A DNA stretch of 64,000 bases. It comes from Octopus bimaculoides. Taxonomy: Eukaryota. Every line of letters starts with the position of its first letter. The first letter of the stretch is position 1. The notes below the pieces were generated by a model. That model was not told where the DNA came from. It ran no database searches and saw only the letters and a program-made list of their open reading frames with translations. The position numbers and the translations under genes are program-made. Shown here in pieces: positions 1 through 10,854 of the stretch. The stretch is taken from the NCBI RefSeq assembly GCF_001194135.2, contig NC_068987.1:24298581-24362580 (forward strand), given 5' to 3'.

Positions 1-930
1 GGGGAAAAACCATTTCACTGCGATGTTTGTGGTAAAACATTTTCAAAAAATTCTGACTTAACTCGTCACATACGTATTCACACTGGGGAAAAACCATTCC
101 GCTGTGATATCTGTGGTAAATTATATTCTCGGAATTACGAATTGACTGTTCATAAATATTCTCATACAAATATGAAGCCATATCACTGTGATATATGTGG
201 TAAAACATTTTCTCAGAAGTTTCAGTTGAAACTTCACATACGTACACACACAGGTGAGAAACCATATCACTGTGATGTCTGTGGAAAAACATTTACTACG
301 AATTCTGATTTAACTCGTCACATACGCACTCATACAGGTGAGAAACCATTCCACTGTGACATCTGTGACAAATCGTTTTCTCAGAATTATGAGTTGACTG
401 TTCACAAATGTTTTCACACAGGTGAGAAACCATATCACTGTGATATATGTGGTAAAACATTTTCAAAGAATTCTGACTTAACTCGTCACATACGCATTCA
501 CACAGGTGAAAAACCATTTCACTGTGGTGTCTGTGGTAAATCTTTTTCTCGGAATTATGAATTGACTGGTCACAAATATACTCACACAGGTGAGAAACCA
601 TACTGCTGTGATATATGTGGTAAAACATTTTCTCAAAAATATCAATTAAATCTTCACATACGGACTCACACAGGTGAAAAAGAATATCAATGTGATATTT
701 GTGGTAAAACATTTAGTAGAAATGGGGACTTGACTGTTCATAAATATACTCATACAGGTGAGAAACCATACCACTGTGATATCTGTGGTAAAACATTCTC
801 ACGGAATTCTCACTTAACTCGTCATATACCTACACACAGAGGTGAGAAACAATACCACTGTGATATCTGCGATGAATCATTTTCTCGGAAAAATGCGTTG
901 ACTGTTCACAAATCTACTCACACAAGTTAG
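1..930 (+). CDS. C2H2 zinc-finger protein ZNF1 (5'-partial, 11 fingers visible)
   Basis: Frame 1 is open from base 1 (GEKPFHCDVCGK...) to TAG 928-930; repeated C-x2-C-x12-H-x3-H with TGEKP linkers. The ORF-track start at 142 is an internal TTG. Confidence 0.93.
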   Translation, partial: GEKPFHCDVCGKTFSKNSDLTRHIRIHTGEKPFRCDICGKLYSRNYELTVHKYSHTNMKPYHCDICGKTFSQKFQLKLHIRTHTGEKPYHCDVCGKTFTTNSDLTRHIRTHTGEKPFHCDICDKSFSQNYELTVHKCFHTGEKPYHCDICGKTFSKNSDLTRHIRIHTGEKPFHCGVCGKSFSRNYELTGHKYTHTGEKPYCCDICGKTFSQKYQLNLHIRTHTGEKEYQCDICGKTFSRNGDLTVHKYTHTGEKPYHCDICGKTFSRNSHLTRHIPTHRGEKQYHCDICDESFSRKNALTVHKSTHTS

Positions 931-990
931 AAACCTTACCACTGTGACGTTTGTGGCAAAACATTTTCACAAAGTTCTCACTTAACTTGT

Positions 991-1028
<38 letters not shown>

Positions 1029-1038
1029 NNNNNNNNNN

Positions 1039-1078
<40 letters not shown>

Positions 1079-1540
1079 TGACAAACCATAACATTATGGT
1101 ACCTTTGGTAAATCTTTCTTTTGTAATGGTGAGTTGTCTACTCACAAGTTTGCCCACAGTTGAGAAACCATACTAATGTGTTATCTGTAGTAAAGCATTT
1201 ACCAAAACATTTCACTTAACTTGTTACGTATATACACTGGTGAAAAACCATAGCATTGTGATATTGTAATAAAACATTTTCCACAATTCATCAATTGACT
1301 TTTTACAAATGTTCTTACATGAGTGTGAATACTAACTACAGTGGTATCTGTGGTTAAAAATGTTATCAACATAGAGACTTCACTATTCACACGCATACTC
1401 GGGTAGTTGAGAGCATACTACTGATATCTATTGTAAAACATTTTAAGTAAATTCACATTTAGCCCTTCACATACATACTAATGCAGGTGAGAAACCATAC
1501 CACTGTGATATCTGTGGTAAAATATTTTCAAGAATTTCTT
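931..1540 (+). pseudogene. Decayed zinc-finger repeats downstream of the ZNF1 stop
   Basis: In-frame [22 protein letters not shown] directly after the TAG, then a (TA)n tract, then frameshifted finger-like DNA (gagaaaccatac, tgtgatatctgtggtaaa) matching ZNF2 11698-12050. Confidence 0.85.
992..1076. repeat. (TA)n microsatellite with a 10-N gap
   Basis: Direct reading. Confidence 0.95.
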
Positions 1541-2197
1541 AACTTTTTAGAAGCCATACTACTGATCATTATCATTTTTTGCTGCAGACTAACTGGAATG
1601 TTAGGGTCCAAGTCAGTTCTTATTCAATGTGGCTGATTGAAGATTACATCTCATCCTTACTTAATATTTTGACATGGCTTCTACATCAGGATACCCTTCC
1701 TAAATGTAAACCACTTGATAGTGTAATGGTTGCATTTTATGTTAGCACAAGCACTAAGACTATAGAGTGGGTTGATTTCGTGGACCTAGTGGTAGGATGG
1801 ATCAGTCTATTTGCCATGCCCATAGGGGTTGGGTGGTTAATTAGAGTCCAAGACAAATCTTATTAGAGATCTTGAATTAGTTTTTTGCCCTTTACAATCT
1901 TCTCTTAAAAATAAACTGCTGTAACACCCATATGCACACACACACATATTCTTGTATATGTGTAAAGACAATATACATCAAAGAACACAGGAAGAACAAA
2001 GTTTGGCAAACATGGTGTTAGCTTAATGCTTTAATGGAAAGTGTTATGTTCCTATAATTTTGGATGTTATTTCTACATCACTAGAAATAGAGATGTAGAG
2101 AGGAATGAGAAAGAGAAATATTCTGTGAAGAGTTAATAACCAGGTGTGAATGTTCTTCTGTTCGGAGTAGAGAGTTAAGAATAGAGTGGGTGGATGT

Positions 2198-2535
2198 CAT
2201 CATCATCATTTAACATCCGCTTTCCATGTTGGCATGGGTTGGACGGTTTCACTGAGGACTGGCAAGCCAGGAGGCTGCCCCAATCTGATCTGGCAAGGTT
2301 TCTACAGCTGGATGTCCTTCCTAATGCCAACCACTCCGAGTGTGTAGTGGGTGCTTTTTACATGCCATCGGCACGGGGGCCAGTCAGGCAGCACTGGCAT
2401 CGACCACACTCGATTGGTGCTGTTACGTGCCACCAGCACAGGAGCCAGTCCAGTGGCACTGGTATCGACCACTGACATGGGTGCCAGTTAGGCGGTACTG
2501 GTATTGGCCATGACAGTGATTTTACTTGACTCAGT
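2198..2535 (-). mobile_element. RTE-type LINE 3' end, (GAT)n-tailed
   Basis: Reverse complement of the 3' end of the copy at 15988-16929: (CAT)n-tttaacatccgctttccatg...ctggatgtccttcctaatgccaaccactcc. Confidence 0.8.
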
Positions 2536-5500
2536 AGGTCAGATCCAAATATCAATGGGTATCTGTGTCTATAAAGAGGAGTTATGTGTATGTATGTTAA
2601 TGTAGTGTAGGTATGGCATTGATTAGTAGGAGCTGGGTGTTTGTATAATTACTGAGTAGAGAGTGTTAAAGCATGTATGGGAGATAATGAAGTATAAGAG
2701 AAGGCAAGAACAAGATGGGTGGTGTGATTGATGTGAATGCAAGTATATAACAAAAGCACAAAAGTGTGAAACCTCTTAACAAAGAAGGTTTAAGCATAAG
2801 TACAAAATTAGAGCAGTATACTTGGATTCTGTAATGAAAAGAAAAGTAAAAGAAGTTGGGTAAAAAAAAAATACACAATAATGAGAAAAGTATTGGGTTG
2901 AGTCCAGAAGATGGTAAGATGTGTCCAAGAAACTGCTATGTTTTACACAAACCAGTTACAGGAATAAGCAGTTGCGGATTTTTCTTTTTTGAATAATTTC
3001 TAATGACATGTACACACACACAAAAAGTAATTTCACAATTCTTGGTTCATGGTTAATTTTGTAAAACAGTTTTGAGGCAAGGGAGACCTTAAAATGTTTT
3101 TGATATGTTTGAGAATGTTTGGTATGCTGTGGTTACTGTAGTTGGTGTTATTAACAATATGTGAATAAATTTAACAAAACCAAAAGTTTCAGTTTAAGTT
3201 TTCAAAATTTACTTTTGTATTGACAGCAAATGTATTTCTTTTGCAAAATCTTCAGTCTTCTTAAGGGATACTGCAAGCGGTTACATGTGCAATTTCCCAG
3301 AGAGAGTAAGATGGAATTTATGCTGTCCAATAAGTAGGGATTTGTTGAAAATATTCTAGATAATTTCTTTGGTTTTAATGCCTTGAAATAAAACGGGATA
3401 TTTAGGTGAAGTTTTCCCTGACCCTGAAGTGTATATAGTAAATGACAATTCCCTTGCAGTACTTGGCATTGATTCTTGTGTAGTTTCTCAGGTGTTGTTT
3501 CCCAATGAGAAAACAGAAAACATGATTAAATGGACACATTACAAAGCTTACTTCTTCATGAATGACTTGTACAACCACAAATTTGCCTTCAAATCATGAA
3601 AGTATCTCCCTCATAAAAAAAAAACCTCCAGAAGTTTAATGTAGACTTCATTTCTCTGATTTAAACTAAGATTTTGGCACTAAACCAATCCTTTGAACAA
3701 CTATATAACACCTTTCAAATAATCTCCTAGTGTACACATTCTTGCTGTTAAAGCATATATAAAACCAGCAGTGTACCACACAACAGTCTCCCATGTATCA
3801 ATGATACCAAACAAAATTGCTAAAATAAACAGCATAGTTTGTGAGTCTCTTCTCCCTGTGGTTCTCTTATGTCACTCCTTAAGACCACATATTGAATTTG
3901 TTTACCAACATTAAATGTTGGTTGATTAATCCTTCAAAAATGAGACAGGCAAAGTAACTAAGCATTTTTTTTATTCTTTCAATTCTGATATTAGATAAGC
4001 TACTTAATTAGTTCAATAAAACTGCTATTGTCAATTGGTTCTATGATATTGCTGGCAAACTAATCTGAAAATTGAACCAGTTTAATATTCTTTCATATCA
4101 AATACTAAAGTCTCTGGAATTTGTTAGACAGTTGAATATGGTTAAGGATTTTGATCTTAGAATAGTTACAGATTTAGGATGTCTGTTGTACCATGATGAC
4201 ATACTAGGACAAAAAGGAAGATGACTTGTTATGATGGGGCTATGATAAATATCTCAGATTACCTATCCTGGATGTCTTCAAGGAGCATATATACTCCTCT
4301 CCCACATCATGAGTTTGTACAGGGACAATGTCCTGAGAATTACAAGTAATGAGAAAAAATAGAAAGGGGAAAACATGAAGGAGAGAGAAGGTCTATATTA
4401 TTCTGCATTTTTGTGTTAAAATCACAGGTACAATTGAAATTGTGTCAAAGATCTATAAATTTATGTTCTGAAAGATGGTTAAATTAAAGTGAAATAACCT
4501 TAATTAAATAGCTGTGGATGTTACACTTTTATCTTTTACATGTTCCAGGCCATGCTGGGGCATTGCCATAACCCTCCCACTTTTTTGTTATTAAGTTTAA
4601 ATGCTTTTCAATATTATGAAAGTAAGCATATACATGGGCAGAAGGGAATGTAGACATGATAGTTACCTAAACAGGTAGGTAGGTAGATAAGCTCAGCGCT
4701 ATATCAAAAGTTATGCAAATAGATAGATATATTAATGGATATACAAATAGATTACTAAAATGAAATGAAAATCTCAGTTGGTAAATAACTCAGACTGAGC
4801 CTTTGTTGTGTTTGGACAGCAAACTGTGGTTTGTTTACCATTTTGTAAAACAAATTCTGTCTGTACATGTGCATTAAAGCTATTAATTATCATTTGTTTA
4901 TTAAATATGGACAATGTTAGATGACATTAGCTAAAAAGAGAAAGAACAAGAAAGATTATTTTTCAAAAATAAGCATGCAATACATGTAGGATATGTCAGC
5001 CTCCACAATAATTTCGTTGGAACCACTTCAATAACAAATGCACAAGAAGGAATGCGCTTCCTATAAAGCATATCATATCTTTTAAATGTATTACAAGGAG
5101 GTAAATAGCAATACAATTGAAATTCATTTCAATTATGTCTAAAATCACTTTTAATTAAATGACAGGATATCAAAAGAATTTTAATAATTTTCTTGCTTGT
5201 GTTTAATATATTAAAATAATGGTTTCAAATGTGCTGGCTTACACTATGGAATTTCTGCAGGTTCTGCTAGCCACTATCAATTTAAATACAGTCAATTCTT
5301 TAGGCATTCTATGGCCTGCAAGTCAGGTAAGATTTACCTCCACAAGAAGCTTAAGTAAAAGATCCTACGCATTCACAATATTTCCTTCATCCTTAGTAGT
5401 TGGCATTGCTGAAAGAATCTCTAATTTCACCTCAAAGATATATTCTCTAGATGAAATAATAAGGGGTAGATTAGTGAAAATTTAATGTATATGAAGGATC

Positions 5501-7890
5501 CCTCATTCCACCTTTAGAGGAAAAATTCAATCTTTCAGTTAAGATGTCGATAAATATAGTTGCAAACTGTCCCAAATTAAATACCATTTCCTGAGGACCC
5601 ACAAATATCACCAGCATCTATAATGTCATAGTTAGCTACTCTCGTTCAAACAACTACTTTTTAAACTGCATGCTCTAATGCAAATAGCTTACATATGTGG
5701 AGCCTCTACCCTTGACATTTAATTCAACTGCTGAAATCATTCTCATTGTTCAGCGAGGGTTCTATCTTTCTGAAACAGTGGTTTGTAGGGTGAACCTCAC
5801 TGTTCCTGATTGTCTTTTGCAGAAAAATTTGCATGGCATATACACTCTACTGGGGCCTTTCACCTACCCTTTGCTAACTCTTAATCTTGTTTTCTAAGAG
5901 TTTTACTCCAAAATATTAAATTTCTGTTTTTTCTCATTACAATTGTACATTACTGCCTTTATACACTCTATTACATGTTTTGAGTGTGTGTTTTGTTGCT
6001 CGTTTACCTTTCAGTGTCTATTATGTATGTATGTATATATGAAGTCATAGTCAGGTTGGGTGTGGGGTCGTGCTGTTGTTGCATTCACCATTTGTCAGTA
6101 TATTCCCAGGTCCTCCTGAGTGACCTGTTAAGCAGAGTCCAGTTAGTCCCCAACACTGTAAGATACTTCCTCATCTATTGTGACCATATGGCATGTGATC
6201 AACTAACATGTACTGCCAACCCAGTCAGATCATCAGTGAACAGAACACTAACTCTGAAAATCAAGCAACATGATCAAACTGTCTGAGCTGGCACTCACAA
6301 ATCATACAGCAGAATGCATTCCAATTTCTGAGTAAAGTCATTGGTTGGATATGAAATTTGACTGATGGTAACCAATAATCTTGCCAAGTGTCCTTGTACC
6401 AAAAGAGTTCAGATGGATCTAAGGGCTGCAGACAAAGTCCAAGTCTCACAATTATAGAGCAAGATGGGGAGGATGAGAAACCTAAAGATCTGAACCTTTG
6501 TCCTCAGCAGCACCAAATACCCTCATCCAATGAGTCTACAAGTGCACCAGCTCATGCAAGTCTTTTTAGGACTTCAGACTCACAGTTAATGATGCTATGA
6601 ATCTCACTGCTGAGATAAATGAAGCAAGTTTGAAAGAAAATGAGACAAGTTGATGTTTGGTACTATCGGTGTGAGTAAATTAAAACCACTGTTGCAAGGG
6701 AGGTATTCTATGCTGGCTGTGTTGGGTTGTTGACTGCATGTAAATGATAAACAACACTCACGAACAATTAACAGAAGCTTTATTTACTGCACATAGTGTT
6801 TTCCACATTGGTCTTTAGATGAAAAATAAAAACAACAATTTATACACACAGGGAGAGACAAACTCTGGTGGTTACAACAAAATAGCTGGTATGTATAAAT
6901 TTATGATCAAGCCATCACAGCTGGAGAAATACAGTGCTAAATTCATGATGGCATATCTGTACCTTGAACCTACTTGACTGGAGAATAGAAACATGAGTAT
7001 GAAGTTGTTAAAACAACTGTCTTGGTATTCTGTATCTGCAAATGACTGGAAAAGGAACTGAGAATGGAGTTGTCACCACAACAGCCTCAACATTGTGAAG
7101 TTAATGCAAAAAATTTGCCTTTCTGTAAGCTTCATTAGAAGATTCTAGAAAGGACTTGCATGATGGCTTGATCCTAATTGGTCAGTTAATTGGTTGATAT
7201 GTGAAATGACTGTGACTAAACTGTGATGCTTACTTGGATATTCAGTGATTTGGTTTAAAATCTGCTACACCACTTTTCTTCTTCAAAAATACTCAACAAA
7301 TGTGAAAGTATATTGGAATCAACATAATTTGTTTAATGCTGGATTAATCATAATTTGGTAAAATGTGTTTGCTGATATGTCAGTAGAAAATAACATCATG
7401 GAGTGTATGAGAGAGAGAAAAAAGACAAAGCAAGATAGCTTTTTGCAATGTTAAAAGATATCCAACTGGATTAGTTTTTCAGTAGTTGAACTCTTCAATA
7501 ATAAAACCACATTTTGATTAAAAAGATACATTAAAATTAGGGGTTTTGAGAATGTCCTAGACAGTGTAGACTTCAATAATTGCTCTCTTTTAGTAAAAGT
7601 TTCATACTCTAAACTAATTATTAAGCATCTTTATCTGTGCTTTTGAAATTGTCACAACTCCAATTTACAGCACACAAAGAACAAGTACTGACTTCCAAAC
7701 TATATTCATAGGCGGTATGAGTGTTTCTATTATCAGAAGGTCATGTAGGACGAGATATACTTTACGTTGAAGTTGTACAAATGAAAGCGCGTCTAGCAAG
7801 AGAGACCATTTTCATTTTATGGATTATTTCTTGTTAAGTGTCATGATTCGTTTTGTCTTTAAGTAAATGAGTAGGAATTATATTAATTTC

Positions 7891-8038
7891 GGTAATTTTT
7901 CAGATTAACACCCGCACGATTACCTAACCCTAACCCTAATCCTACCCCTAACCCTAACACTAAACCCTAACCCTGACCTAAAATCCTAACCCTAACACAC
8001 TAGTGAAAATCGTGCGGGTGTTTATCTGAAAAATTACC
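7891..8038. mobile_element. 148-bp MITE with 31-bp TIRs and a (CCCTAA)n core; Merlin-like ends
   Basis: TIRs 7891-7921 and 8008-8038 match at 30/31; GG...CC termini; 8-bp TSD TTAATTTC at 7883-7890 and 8039-8046. Confidence 0.9.
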
Positions 8039-8191
8039 TTAATTTCTTCTGTATGTTCTTTTCGTAATTTTTCGTTTATTCCGCATTTGTATTTTACTCT
8101 CACATTTTCGCACATTGAAATCGTTTTTAACTGCAAGTCGGAGAGAGATGAAATATCTCCTAATTGGGATGAATAAATTAATATCAGTAAT

Positions 8192-8391
8192 ATTCTTTTC
8201 TACTGAAGGCACAAGGCCGAAGAGTCGATTAGATCGGCTGCATTATGCAACTGGTACTTCATTTATCGACCCCGAAAGGATGAAAGGCAAAGTCGACCTC
8301 GGCGGAATTTGAGCTCAGAACACAAAGACAGACGAAATATCGCAAAACATTTCGCCCGGCGTGCTAACATTTCTGTCAACTCGATGCCTTA
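8192..8391 (-). mobile_element. tRNA-derived SINE (family B)
   Basis: Minus strand shows taaggc...A/B-box-like head followed by gtcgactttgcctttcatcctttcggggtcgataaa; related copies at 31736, 35445, 54481. Confidence 0.8.
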
Positions 8392-8432
8392 TATCAGAGT
8401 AATATTATTTTGTTTGATGTGTATCAAAATAC

Positions 8433-9011
8433 GGTCAAACTAAAGGGTTTGACCCGGTGGGAAATAAAAAAATAAAATATTCTAATAGGTGTTAAAAACT
8501 TCCTGCGAACGAATATGAAGAAAAAAATGTGCGCTCGCGAACGGGTGGGTGGGGAGGAGCCTCGGAACATTCACATCCTGAATNNNNNNNNNNNNNNNNN
8601 NNNNNNNNNNNNNNNNNNNNNNNNNNNNNNNNNNNNNNNNNNNNNNNNNNNNNNNNNNNNNNNNNNNNNNNNNNNNNNNNNNNNNNNNNNNNNNNNNNNN
8701 NNNNNNNNNNNNNNNNNNNNNNNNNNNNNNNNNNNNNNNNNNNNNNNNNNNNNNNNNNNNNNNNNNNNNNNNNNNNNNNNNNNNNNNNNNNNNNNNNNNN
8801 NNNNNNNNNNNNNNNNNNNNNNNNNNNNNNNNNNNNNNNNNNNNNNNNNNNNNNNNNNNNNNNNNNNNNNNNNNNNNNNNNNNNNNNNNNNNNNNNNNNN
8901 NNNNNNNNNNNNNNNNNNNNNNNNNNNCGTTCACAGCAAGTTGTTTTACACTTATTAGAATATTTTATTTTTTTATTTCCCACCGGGTCAAACCCTTTAT
9001 TTAGTCTGACC
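8433..9011. mobile_element. Inverted-repeat element (MITE/foldback) spanning gap 8584-8927
   Basis: aaagggtttgacccggtgggaaataaaaaaataaaatattctaata (about 8441-8511) is mirrored at 8928-8999. Confidence 0.6.
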
Positions 9012-9059
9012 CAAAATACTATGTTGACAATATAGTTATTTCCCTTGATTGTTTCCCTA

Positions 9060-9202
9060 TTTCTCTTCACTTCCTGCTGCAAGAAATAGATTCGTTATTC
9101 TTTATTATGTGGACCTGGAAATGGAAATTAATATCTGCTGTAAAAGTTCTTTTGAAGTTATGATTGTTCCCTCTACCTCAGCTTCTCATTATTTGTGTAT
9201 GT
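9060..9202 (+). promoter_or_regulatory. Candidate ZNF2 promoter / non-coding exon 1
   Basis: cacttcctg (ETS-like) near 9068; tctcattattt motif shared with the other exon-1 blocks; GTATGT donor at 9197. Weaker match than the others. Confidence 0.35.
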
Positions 9203-10317
9203 ATTACATATTCTTCATTGGATTTATATGAATACGTATTATTAATATAAGGTGGTAAACACCAGTTTACATACATGCGTTTGTTTTGTTCTCTATAGTA
9301 AAGTAAAAGAAAGAGAAGAAAGTGTATCATTTACGAAAGTAAAATATTTTTGTTTAAAGTAAAGATGATTTTGTTACTTTTTTTCCACTCCATTCCTAAT
9401 TTTCCGAATTCCAAGCTAAAGCCCGAATTCCCACATTATCGCTTGACCTGCTAGAAATAACAACTAGATCGCATCCTCATTAAAAAAGTGAAATACGTTT
9501 CATTATATAGTCGGCAAACATTTGATCGCCATATAGTCTTGGTTTGATACAGTATACCTAAAAAGGACGGCTGAAATGACTTTAATTCCTTTGATGCTTA
9601 GGTTGTGCGAGCAGAAGTGACCAAGTGCTAAAAAAAAGAATGAAACATTGGACAAAATAATTTTCATGCGATCTTTGTATTCAAAGTATACCACTTACAG
9701 TTTTGTTACTGAAAGTGTCACATCCCGGAGATAATGATCCAAAACAATCGTTGACTCGATTGCAGAATAGATTCGACATTTCATATAACGCTTCGAGGAT
9801 TTTATCATTTATTTTTTTACCACGCGGCTATGCAAACATTTAAAAAAAGTTTATGATTTTTTTTTTCACACAATCACCCCTGCCCTCTCCTCCTCACCCA
9901 ATCCAGACCGATTTGGGGCGATTTCTTTTTTGCCTTATGCACTTTAAAACGATTGGCGAAGCCATTTCGGAAAATATTTTAGATGAAAACGTATACCAAA
10001 TATACCATCATATCACGTGCAATAAAGAAGGACTGTTTGTTTTAGTTTCATCGAGTTAAAACGAAGGATTACCGGAAACGATTCTAATATTCCAAATATT
10101 AATTTTAAAAATGTGTACACCTTGAGAATTTTTAATGAAATTATATAAGGTGACCTACGTGATTGTCTGGTTGATAATCTATAATATCCACACTGTATCT
10201 TTTCTCTGTAGATATTTTCTCTCTCTTGCTTTTTGTCTATCTTTCAATATTTCTGATTTAGTATCGTCTCTCTAACACACTTTGCGTTGACTTATAATAG
10301 CCTTTTATATATTATGC

Positions 10318-10340
10318 TGTCCCTATGTTTCAGGATATCT
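10318..10340 (+). other. Predicted splice acceptor of the ZNF2 coding exon (TTTCAG|G, exon from 10334)
   Basis: tgtccctatgtttcag|gatatctgg aligns with the acceptors of ZNF3-7. Confidence 0.6.
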
Positions 10341-10854
10341 GGTAATATTGATGTGACAATTTCCCCACAGAAGACACATCAGCAGATCAATGAAGTATCT
10401 GGAAAACTAAAGAATGACTTCATGAGGATAACATGATAGAGGTCTTCTAACTTGAAATTGACTGGAAGTGTATGTTCTGGCTTGATTATGTATGGTTGAA
10501 CTCAAGAAATTTAATAGAAAGCATCACCAGCCTTATGTGTAATGTCTAAGGTATCTGGGTGTACTTTGAGAACTGGATCAAATTCCATCATGTGTGACAG
10601 GATTGGATTTAATTTAAAAATTATAATTAAGGAGAATGACTTTTATCTGAAAAGAGTATATGAGATATAACTATAAAAAATATTCCAAATCTTAATTTAT
10701 ATTAATCCCTAAAAATAATGTGTATCTTCATAAATTCCTGCCCAGTAATCTAACCTCTTAATCGCAGTATCACTTTGCTTTATAAAACATTGAATTTAAA
10801 AAAAAAAAAAAAAGAAAAATATAAAGAAGGAATTCTGTTTGTATTCTGTGAGGA

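Noticed and set aside
296-712. Antisense MFYH-repeat ORFs opposite the ZNF arrays (also 11210-11737, 20510-20834, 62093-62579)
   Set aside because: Reverse-strand by-products of the periodic finger codons.
3240-4400. Possible degraded LINE RT (LLFMNDL-like string near 3550)
   Set aside because: One weak motif with inconsistent strand and frame; cannot be supported by eye.
6388-6600. Short ORFs of 60-130 aa in the intergenic regions
   Set aside because: No recognisable domains, many have non-ATG starts, and they are of a length expected by chance.
6660-7330. Possible LTR end and Gypsy integrase relic
   Set aside because: Only vague resemblance (aataaa...caaca; IHDG...W); no second LTR or clear PBS.
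7921-8000. (CCCTAA)n as a true telomere or chromosome-fusion scar
   Set aside because: Short, degenerate and bounded by TIRs and a TSD, so it is transposon cargo.
8482-9082. Long ORFs through N runs (also 13849-14975, 29767-30513, 36488-36930)
   Set aside because: Open only because assembly gaps contain no stops.
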